64,000 bases of DNA from a virus (lineage: Duplodnaviria > Caudoviricetes), in the IMG/VR virus record IMGVR_UViG_3300031813_000006, positions 1-64,000 of that record; one strand, 5' to 3'. The notes beneath the pieces were generated by a model. The model saw only the letters and a list, made by a program, of their open reading frames with translations. It was not told the origin of the DNA and searched no databases. Shown piece by piece: positions 56,701 to 64,000 of this stretch. Made by a program: the position numbers and the translations under genes. Every line of letters begins with the position of its first letter. Position 1 is the first letter of the stretch.

Positions 56701-59334
56701 AAATGATTTTGCAACGGTATCATTAAGAACTGTTTCTCCATGATGTTTACCAAGTAATTCTACATAAGCTTTATAATGCTTAAATAAGTCATTGGTGGAT
56801 TCTGTAAGGATTGGATCTTCATGACGTACTCCCGCGGTATTTTCTTTTGGAGCAGTTATTGAATGTAATATAGAACTGTAAGCTTTAATGGCCCCATTCA
56901 TATTTTTAATAGCTTCTAATTTCTCTTCTGCTTTTTTAAGATTCTGTTTACTTTCTGAGTCAGTTCCTAATTTAAAAGTTTTGATTTCTTCTGTCAAAGT
57001 CTTCATCTCTCTTTTAAGATCATCTTCATGAAACAAAAGTTTAAAGTCATTGAAGTTTGCTTTAGAAATAGGTTTGTTATTTGCTAAATTATCTGCTACA
57101 CTCTTCATTCTTGATAAAGTATTATCAAAATCATGTGATGCAAATGTTCCTAATTTTTTAGCAAAATCTAACGCGTGATATTCAGGAGTTCCAAATTTAA
57201 AATGGTTTTGAAAATTTTCATCAAAATAGTCATACCTCTTTTTTAAATCATCTATCTTATCCTCATACTTATCTAAGTTCTTTCTTAGTTGCTTTTGTTC
57301 TTCAGGAGTTGCATTAGGCATTTCCATAGCATCTGCTAAAGATTTATCATCCATTTGCTTCAAAGCTTTTAAATGATCTCTTAAGATATCTTCTCTACCT
57401 GATTGTAAAGTAGTATAGATATTATGAAACATGGCATCTTGTTGGTTGTCCCTTGAAGATTTAGGATCATTATCTATTTTATACTTATCATCATATATCT
57501 TAGCTTCTCTTTGAGCCATGAAGTTTCTATCAATTGCCCTGGCCACTAAGAAAGGTCTTTTAGAAATCTCATTCCTAGAATTTACTAAATCATCTGCAAA
57601 AATCTCTTGTTGCTTTTTATAAAGAGTTGTTTCAAAAGCTCTACGTGCAGCAAGATCTTTATAAGTATTTTTAGTAAAGAAAGCTTTAGTAGCATCTTGC
57701 AATACCCCTGTTTTGGCAGGAAGCGTATTGAAGATCAAATGTTGAGGACCTTGAATTGCGGTACCCATAAAGAATCCAGAAGCAAACGTTTCTAGACCTT
57801 GAGAACTTAATTGAGAATCTACACCTTTAGATATTGATGCCATCCATCCTTTATGACCTTGCACTGAAGGATCTATTTCAGGTTGTTCATAATAATCTTT
57901 AGCCGCAGTTGACATAGCATCCTGACCAATTTCTTGAAGACCTTCTGCAAAGTTAGCAGCCAAGTATTTCATACCGTGTTTGGCAATATTTACAGGACGT
58001 AAAGCATCCTTAATACCTTTCATAGAATACTTACCAACTTTCTCAGCAATATCTTCTCCTAGTTTAGCACCGGGTTTATCTATTACTCTCCATGATATTT
58101 CTGTAATTGCTTGTTTAGCACTCTTTTCTAAAGGTGTAAAACCTTTTAAAGCTGTTTCAAGTGCAAACTTATTAGTAGCATATATAAGACCTACATTACC
58201 TAAGATATCTGCTCTAGCAGCATTAACAGCTCTAGATTCTATATCTTTCATTTCTTCATCAGATTCCGGGGCCCTACCATGCTCTTCATAGAAATGATTT
58301 AATAAATCTTGTCTAGTATCATTATATGTGGTACCACCTTCTAATCTAGATTCAGAGGTTACCGCACGGATTTCTCTAGCATCTCTCCACAATGCTCCTG
58401 CACTCATCTTAGCTTTTGCAAAAGTAGTAAGAGCCTTTTCACCTTGTTCTGTCATTTTAACACCGCCCATGATATCTTTAATAGCAGCGCTACTATGTTC
58501 AAAAGGTAACATATGTTGTGCAAACTTTGAAACTCTTGATTGTCCAAATAGATCTTTAGCTTTAGAAAAGTTTTCTATTTCTGCAATAGCTTTACCACCT
58601 TCTTCAATATCTTTAGCAGATTGATTGAATCTAGATGCCATTCTTGGAAACAATTTATCAGATAACCGTCCTTCACTCAATACATCTAATGAAGCCATAC
58701 CTAATTCTTCAGCACCCATCTCAGCAATGATACCTATTGTATAACCTGTATTAAGAGCAAAATTAGTTAATTGACCTGTTACACCTCCTTTAGAAGAGGA
58801 ACCTATTTCCATTCTCCTATTCATATCTGCAGCATTTACTTTATCTGCACTTAATGAAAAAGGATCTGCTATTTCTTGAACCATGTCTTTAGCACCTAAA
58901 CTAACTAAACCTGCCCATTGAGACATTCCTCTACTGAATTCTTGCCAAGGTGTTGACTGTTCATTATACGCGGCTTCATTATCTCTAAATGGATCAAAGC
59001 CTAATTTCTTAAATAAAGGATGAGCATAAAATCTATCAAAGTCACCAGTCTTTGGTCCAGCTGAAAAAGCAAATGCACCTGATTTAGCAGATTCACTAAC
59101 ATTATGGTTTCCCATAGATAATTGAAAATTACTAATTATATCATCTGCTTCTGTATTTTTAAAGATTGGTAATGCACCAGAAGGTTGAGCAGCTTCTGTT
59201 TGAGCTTTAAACCTGTCTTGTTGATATTGTTGTAACTTATCACCTAACGGTGTTACAGGTGTTACAGGTGTAACAGGTACATTTTGTGCATCTTGTAATG
59301 GAACTGACTGAGAATCATTTGTATCTTCTGCCAT
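53737..59334 (-). CDS. Large virion cargo/ejection protein with histidine-phosphatase-like and P-loop kinase-like inserts
   Basis: 1865 aa; Gly/Ala-rich helical N-half (EGLQE motif); PHA..LT.EG..SP.QRATQTA..GGES..AH; GGTGKST. Confidence 0.75.
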   Translation of the reverse strand: MAEDTNDSQSVPLQDAQNVPVTPVTPVTPLGDKLQQYQQDRFKAQTEAAQPSGALPIFKNTEADDIISNFQLSMGNHNVSESAKSGAFAFSAGPKTGDFDRFYAHPLFKKLGFDPFRDNEAAYNEQSTPWQEFSRGMSQWAGLVSLGAKDMVQEIADPFSLSADKVNAADMNRRMEIGSSSKGGVTGQLTNFALNTGYTIGIIAEMGAEELGMASLDVLSEGRLSDKLFPRMASRFNQSAKDIEEGGKAIAEIENFSKAKDLFGQSRVSKFAQHMLPFEHSSAAIKDIMGGVKMTEQGEKALTTFAKAKMSAGALWRDAREIRAVTSESRLEGGTTYNDTRQDLLNHFYEEHGRAPESDEEMKDIESRAVNAARADILGNVGLIYATNKFALETALKGFTPLEKSAKQAITEISWRVIDKPGAKLGEDIAEKVGKYSMKGIKDALRPVNIAKHGMKYLAANFAEGLQEIGQDAMSTAAKDYYEQPEIDPSVQGHKGWMASISKGVDSQLSSQGLETFASGFFMGTAIQGPQHLIFNTLPAKTGVLQDATKAFFTKNTYKDLAARRAFETTLYKKQQEIFADDLVNSRNEISKRPFLVARAIDRNFMAQREAKIYDDKYKIDNDPKSSRDNQQDAMFHNIYTTLQSGREDILRDHLKALKQMDDKSLADAMEMPNATPEEQKQLRKNLDKYEDKIDDLKKRYDYFDENFQNHFKFGTPEYHALDFAKKLGTFASHDFDNTLSRMKSVADNLANNKPISKANFNDFKLLFHEDDLKREMKTLTEEIKTFKLGTDSESKQNLKKAEEKLEAIKNMNGAIKAYSSILHSITAPKENTAGVRHEDPILTESTNDLFKHYKAYVELLGKHHGETVLNDTVAKSFVGLKDYYALKKDNGVAAKAINILTDPGFVEHHFDNLKNGIEEAQKTIEDKQKEALKQFLERPVNNDFINGLRNIGVYLSPEDTDALINEQTEPINFLDSTTFKPVEATSNKMKKILDLLDIRRNSLPSVKPKPFSTPTPVQLPDSQIVTTRKKTSTDLRTYEQIQKQFEFTNNKSLPTQEVLKKIITSIHSTPAEKQLAQRLLTLTSPNSSILFKESGKAGETVELKPSSGIAFPERTFQTVIDARYSSSDYKGGNQPLEVVILHEILSRIVQESFYEDVEFKEEISKIADIFKTDPDELLENILNSHEIQEGLKKENLWEPFAEAVRDLIGRTLGTADPKVLDEAITLLNSALPPGVKPKNALVITTATFDSLPQGLQTTLINDFRNWNSSVAEDLRIDLTGLNSEQISKLLSFVNVFMKSSMAEATIKGYVAPDANLDGLGQGNKLITQEKDLGAHKVDAIFVKDTAVVPHAIDTATAQGLENGQKPTDLTSEGVDEAKKIGVYAQSTGKTLIEHSPVQRATQTAKIAADYAGVETQVNPNLATWNIGEFDGKTDGSFDEAYWIKNHDQKVPGGESFDEYSARMEDAFRDADLASSTTMMIAHSKVVRALKALKVTNGKWTEDTTKLFLQFAENKVHAEVHEDYHGKLVYASGGTGKSTFALDQKNVTDGDKIIIEVLRQHPDNQYKTDAELLEQRPTPEELNKIMAKFNELKQQGHIVLIGSTKYMNNVDKVLVSKNQNLLMNEKFDDPSKYREFKNQELDAIDDANKIDDITFFDNYVDEVLAKESETKNLIMNKLIPSKSLQEKFDAVNDIVEYIELMEKELENLRTSDTSGLLNGSIEYDMLVKLATETQNRLKSTPTLENLTTGKIVTLNLKTTGDKKFFVVSVTGDKIIVQSVKDPNNSRDKVSIKTVTLKDIAYLSAYEAPEYLEMLKEEQDLVDQSNANAQKTSQEDPAVTDAILNSEKPKNKMDIFNDVDPEDNCK

Positions 59335-62225
59335 TATTTAGATTTATTATTTGTTACTTGAGCCTCATATGCCATCTGCCTATCATTTGATTGTTGCAAT
59401 CTAGATATATCAGTGGTAGCACTCTTCATAATATCATCAAGTGATGCTCCTGCTATATTTGGAGTATCTATTTCTTGTTGTTTTTTATACTGACCGTTCT
59501 CATATTTATAAAGACTACCGGTTATACTTGTAGTCCCATCAGGGTTTCTAACAACATGTAAAGTACCATTCTTTCCAAAATCAAAATCAGTTGTTTGTTT
59601 TAATCTGATCAACTGTTCATACGGTCCTATTTTAGAATTTGTATAAAACCTATTATCAACTACCTGTCTGCCATCTGGATTCTTTACAGGTATCAATGTT
59701 GAAATTCCTTCTTTGATAATCTTATCATAGATTTCTTTATTAGGAATTGCATCCATGTTTGTTTTACCTGTGAAATGCTTTCTTAACCAATCATGATTTG
59801 GTATGATTGTGTACATTGTATAGTTATCATCTCCTGCGGCTACAGCACTAAATCTAACATTAGCTGCTGGAGCATTCTTATCAACTTTCTTATCATTTTT
59901 ATCATTTTCATCTTTTAAAAGCCTCCTACAATCATTTATATAGTCTTTAAAAATCTTTCTTGAAATCTCACCGTAAACACCTTCATTAGATTTGACATCA
60001 TTTTTCAAGATGTTTGCACCACCTATTACATAATGTATATTAGGATTATTCTCTTCTTTATCAAGATTGTCACCAAGTGAAATTAATGAGTTATTAGACT
60101 CTGAAGTATTCCAAGAAGCATCATGACTAAGTTGTACTATATTGGAACCCATTCTACCTCCTGTTTGTTTAGATAAAGCATAGCTTCCATTCCAAACCTT
60201 TATTTGGTAGTTAGGGTCATTAGATAAACCATCAGGATGATTATATAACTCATTGTATTTAGCTTTTGTCTTATTAAAAGCTTCATCAACTTGTTTATCA
60301 GTATAATGAGGGTTGTATTTTTTAAAGGTTGATTTCCATTCATAATCACCCATCAACTCTCCATCATGCTCTCCTCTTCTTCTGATATCTGAATTCCCTT
60401 TAACATATAATTGCAAACCTGCTTTTTCTTCATTGGTAAGTAAACCTTTACCTTCATATTCAGCATAATGCTTAATAGCAAGGTTATTACCAGTCATTAG
60501 TTTTGTATAACCTTTCCAAAGTTCACCCTTAAGATTTATGTCATTCTCTTTCTGAGAAAGTTCATTTAATAGTTCAGGACTAAATAAATCTTTTTGACTG
60601 CCATGAATAAGACCTTGGGCTTTAGCCAATATTTGAATATAATCATTAGGATCAGAATCCAAATGTGGTTTTAATGTGTTTTTAATAGGGTCATAGTATT
60701 TCCCAAAAATACTAATTAAATTATTTTTAGCATCTGTTTGTTCAGCAGGAGTATGTGTAGAAGTATTTCTACCTCTATAAAAATCAAAGATTTGACTTAG
60801 ATATCCAGTAGCAGCTTGTTTATAACCATCTTTACTTTCTCCTAATGCAGACTCAACACTATTTAATTCACTTACAGGGTTTACAGTAGTAGTACCAACT
60901 CTTATACCTAAGTTTTGATAAACGTTTGCAGAAATGGGACCGTTATTGCTATGATCTACAATCTTATTTTTAGCGGTCAATTTAATCATTTCTAATTTTT
61001 GATTATAGCCAAATTCCTTTTCCATCTCATCTAACTTATATTGATGAGCCATGCTTTGTAATGCAAAAGGATCTCCAGTCATTGAATCTTTATGGGTCAT
61101 CATAGAATAATCTGCCGCAGCCTTATAAGCATCTCTTCTGAGATATTCATTTGCTAAAGCACCTTCTATTCTATTTCTTATAACATCTTTATTAGCTCCT
61201 AGCATTGCATTTTTATCTAGGTAGTTTAAAGTTGATTGGTTATGATCTCTGACTGCAGCTATTCTATCTAATTGGTCCTGGTAATCTTGTACTGCACCTG
61301 TTGCACCTTTAGGATCAACGGATGTATTGTTTTCAAGTTTACTTTTTAGTATAGCATTTTTTGCTGTAAGGGACTGAGTATGACCATCTAAAGAAGCATT
61401 AGATTGGTTAGCGCGTCTGTCCAATTCTTTAGAGAATGTATTCAGGTACACGTTCTCTGCGGCATCTTCTGAACCATATTGTTGGGCATTACTTTTAATA
61501 AAGTTCTTTCTATCAACATAAGCTTGCGTCCTAGCATAATCTAATGCTTTAGAATTCTGAGTAGAATGAGCTAATAAAAAGTCAGTTAATGGAAGAATTA
61601 ATTGGTTACCATTACTAGTAGTATGGATATATCCGTCTTTTACATATGAACTAGTGGTTCCTATTCCTAGATCTTTGGCCAATTGTAATGCATCAGCAGT
61701 GGTATCAACCATTGGTGTAAATTTAGGCATTGGCATACCCATGGAACTTTCTCTACTTGCATTTTTAAAGTCATCTGCTCTATAATGAAGAGCTTGAACT
61801 GCAACATCTGAATAACCTCCTCCGCACTTCTTAGGATCTATACAGTTTCTAAATCCTTCAGCAGTTTGTAATTCATTATGATACTTTTTAGTAAACATCA
61901 TATCATACTGAAGATTTTTATCATCTAGTAATGGTTGAAATACTTTATATGCTGAGTTAACATTTTCTTCAAGAGATAGGTCCATTCCTGCAATCTTCTG
62001 AATATTCTCATGAATATCCTTAAACATCTTGTCTCTATTTTGAGTATTGTCATCCCGGGTTAACGGAGCATTCAATAATGTACCATAGATACCACTTAGT
62101 TTGTTTAAACCTTGTTGATACTGACCTTCTTTCTTTTCCAAAGCCCCTTGATAAAAGTTTAAATCAGGTCTAAACGGTTGAATATCAGGAATATAGTCAT
62201 TAGAACCTTGTAAGTAAGATGCCAT
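59334..62225 (-). CDS. Virion/ejection protein
   Basis: 963 aa; MASYLQG..YIPDIQPFRPD N-terminus; helical; in the cargo block. Confidence 0.7.
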   Translation of the reverse strand: MASYLQGSNDYIPDIQPFRPDLNFYQGALEKKEGQYQQGLNKLSGIYGTLLNAPLTRDDNTQNRDKMFKDIHENIQKIAGMDLSLEENVNSAYKVFQPLLDDKNLQYDMMFTKKYHNELQTAEGFRNCIDPKKCGGGYSDVAVQALHYRADDFKNASRESSMGMPMPKFTPMVDTTADALQLAKDLGIGTTSSYVKDGYIHTTSNGNQLILPLTDFLLAHSTQNSKALDYARTQAYVDRKNFIKSNAQQYGSEDAAENVYLNTFSKELDRRANQSNASLDGHTQSLTAKNAILKSKLENNTSVDPKGATGAVQDYQDQLDRIAAVRDHNQSTLNYLDKNAMLGANKDVIRNRIEGALANEYLRRDAYKAAADYSMMTHKDSMTGDPFALQSMAHQYKLDEMEKEFGYNQKLEMIKLTAKNKIVDHSNNGPISANVYQNLGIRVGTTTVNPVSELNSVESALGESKDGYKQAATGYLSQIFDFYRGRNTSTHTPAEQTDAKNNLISIFGKYYDPIKNTLKPHLDSDPNDYIQILAKAQGLIHGSQKDLFSPELLNELSQKENDINLKGELWKGYTKLMTGNNLAIKHYAEYEGKGLLTNEEKAGLQLYVKGNSDIRRRGEHDGELMGDYEWKSTFKKYNPHYTDKQVDEAFNKTKAKYNELYNHPDGLSNDPNYQIKVWNGSYALSKQTGGRMGSNIVQLSHDASWNTSESNNSLISLGDNLDKEENNPNIHYVIGGANILKNDVKSNEGVYGEISRKIFKDYINDCRRLLKDENDKNDKKVDKNAPAANVRFSAVAAGDDNYTMYTIIPNHDWLRKHFTGKTNMDAIPNKEIYDKIIKEGISTLIPVKNPDGRQVVDNRFYTNSKIGPYEQLIRLKQTTDFDFGKNGTLHVVRNPDGTTSITGSLYKYENGQYKKQQEIDTPNIAGASLDDIMKSATTDISRLQQSNDRQMAYEAQVTNNKSK

Positions 62226-62299
62226 AATATTTAAGTTTCAGTAAATTTAATGATAAATTTTAAAAAGTTAATAAACATTTTGGTTTAAACTTTTAAAGT

Positions 62300-63997
62300 T
62301 TATTGATTTGGAGTGTAACCATATTGAGGCGCCTGTTGGGGTTCTCTCCTACCGGCTGACCCCCATGCATTTAAATATGCTTGATTAGGATCAGGATAAG
62401 AACTAGGATGTTTACCATACGCGTTTAATACTTGACCCATAGAAATAGAAGGATCTGAAGCATGTAGTTTGGTCCACAAATTAGTTAAATGATCAGACTC
62501 ATCTGGTATATTAGATGGATCAAATGACTTCCTATGGGGATTGAAAACTAAGTTGCCTCCTGTAGAAGGATCTATTTGATAATCAGGATATAAAGAATTA
62601 AGTACCTGAGTATTAGCTCTATTGGTAATAGCATTAACGTAATTAGACCTAAGAACATCTTTAGCATGCCTTTTAGCATTGTCATAATTCTCATTAGCTC
62701 TAGTGGTATCATCATAAAGTTTAGACGCTAGGCTAGCATTGTATTGATCTGTCTTTTGCATTATATCACCTTTAAGTGAAGAGAATGCATTAGCAGCCTG
62801 TACATTTTGATTTTGTTCTTGAGATAATGTATCTGCTACATGTTTACTAGCTTCACCTTGCATTTGAGAAAAAGAAGCAGCATATTGTCTTGGATCACCA
62901 AATGCTGCGGCACCCATAGCTCCAATATTAGCAGCTTCCATTACTCCTGCTGCTTGTCTAGTAAAGTCATGGAATGTAGGATCTGGTACATTAGGTGCAA
63001 CAGGACGACCCCATGGCATATACTTTTTAAGACTTGCCAAGTTACCTGCGGCTGCTGCGGTATTTATTACATCTTGTTTATAGAATTGAGGATCTCTAGG
63101 TTGAACAGCTTGTGGACTATAAGAAGGTTTTTTAACTTCTTCAGTAACTGGTGCACTTACTTTATTAGCTGGTGTACTTGCATTAAGAGCTGGTGCACTA
63201 AATGTACCTAATCCCCACATATCATCTTTCCTCCAATGAGCTGATGAAGAAGCATCTCCGGTAAAGTAGTCTTCCTTCATACCCATCTTCTTACCATACT
63301 TATTATAAGCATCATGAAACTTGTCTACAGCTCCTTGTATTTTGTTACCATTTTTATCATATGGTGCCCAATCCGGATTTTCTTTAAAGAACCATGCATG
63401 ACGTTGTTTAAAATCTTGTTGTGCTTCAGGGTTATTCCATAATTTTAAAGTATCAAGGTCATGTTGCATTGCCGGTACAAATAGTTGCATTAAATCTTTT
63501 CTAGGTAACCTAGCATCATTACCAGGTAAACCTTGTCTAGCATCTAAAGCTTCCATATATTCTTGACGGTATAAAGGTTTTGCGTCAGCTTCTGGATTCT
63601 GTATAGGTGTTGCAGATTTCACCGCAACTTGTTTAGGTTGTGGATTAGATTCAGGTTGAACATTGTAATTAGGGTCATATGCAGGATTAGTTTTTAATTT
63701 ATCTAAAGCCCATTTTTCAGGTACATGTGTTTTTGTACCTTTATTTTTATCCTCTGCCATCCAAATATCATTTCCTTTTTCATCTTTTGTCTTATAGATT
63801 ATTTTACCATCAACTCCAGTTTTTCCTCCACTACCAAATCTATTTAAACTTCCACCATCTCTAAAACCTACAACATTTAAAGAATCTACAACAGATTTAT
63901 ATTTAGGCTGTGTAGTGTTTACAGGTTGTCTAACATTAGATGAATCAATTAATGGAGGACCTACATTATAATATTCTTGTTGTGGTGCATGATACAA
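62300..63997 (-). CDS. Virion structural/cargo protein (5' end probably outside window)
   Basis: 565+ aa, Gln/Ala/Pro-rich, FRDGG..FGSGG motifs; runs to window edge. Confidence 0.7.
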   Translation of the reverse strand: MYHAPQQEYYNVGPPLIDSSNVRQPVNTTQPKYKSVVDSLNVVGFRDGGSLNRFGSGGKTGVDGKIIYKTKDEKGNDIWMAEDKNKGTKTHVPEKWALDKLKTNPAYDPNYNVQPESNPQPKQVAVKSATPIQNPEADAKPLYRQEYMEALDARQGLPGNDARLPRKDLMQLFVPAMQHDLDTLKLWNNPEAQQDFKQRHAWFFKENPDWAPYDKNGNKIQGAVDKFHDAYNKYGKKMGMKEDYFTGDASSSAHWRKDDMWGLGTFSAPALNASTPANKVSAPVTEEVKKPSYSPQAVQPRDPQFYKQDVINTAAAAGNLASLKKYMPWGRPVAPNVPDPTFHDFTRQAAGVMEAANIGAMGAAAFGDPRQYAASFSQMQGEASKHVADTLSQEQNQNVQAANAFSSLKGDIMQKTDQYNASLASKLYDDTTRANENYDNAKRHAKDVLRSNYVNAITNRANTQVLNSLYPDYQIDPSTGGNLVFNPHRKSFDPSNIPDESDHLTNLWTKLHASDPSISMGQVLNAYGKHPSSYPDPNQAYLNAWGSAGRREPQQAPQYGYTPNQ

Positions 63998-64000
63998 ACT

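Noticed and set aside
36706-63211. Short + strand ORFs within the giant - strand genes
   Set aside because: Antisense shadows with no motifs or initiation context
1-64000. Stop-codon reassignment (TAG or TGA) as in some crAss-like phages
   Set aside because: Giant genes are intact in code 11, and TAG/TGA end genes at sensible positions; breaks in polB and MoxR are explained by introns
1-64000. Diversity-generating retroelement or invertible region
   Set aside because: No reverse transcriptase, recombinase or template/variable repeat pair seen

Overview
AT-rich segment of a crAss-like (Crassvirales-related) phage genome, read in standard genetic code 11. The host is probably Bacteroidota, judging by TTTG-N20-TAnnTTTG promoters and a Bacteroidota-type ClpS. 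The + strand (1-35.4 kb) carries many small early genes, nucleotide-pool enzymes (MazG-like, dATP/dGTP diphosphohydrolase), SF2 helicase, ClpS, DNA ligase, a free-standing LAGLIDADG endonuclease and a tmRNA with an unusually long tag, followed by a tRNA-like minihelix. It continues with an unexplained structured ncRNA, a DnaA-C HTH, a degenerate UDG, the replisome (DnaB-like helicase, AAA ATPase, SSB-like, primase, RuvC), a vWA/MoxR module and a family B DNA polymerase. Three group I introns with GIY-YIG endonucleases interrupt MoxR (one) and PolB (two); splice sites were deduced from P1 pairing and restored protein motifs. The - strand (35.5-64 kb) encodes giant virion cargo/ejection proteins, including the virion RNA polymerase (DFDVD). 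The most striking unexplained pattern is that four consecutive, almost Cys-free cargo proteins carry cysteines at the C- and N-termini that face each other in gene order. This suggests a head-to-tail covalent daisy chain for ordered ejection. All calls are by-eye motif recognition; no searches were run.
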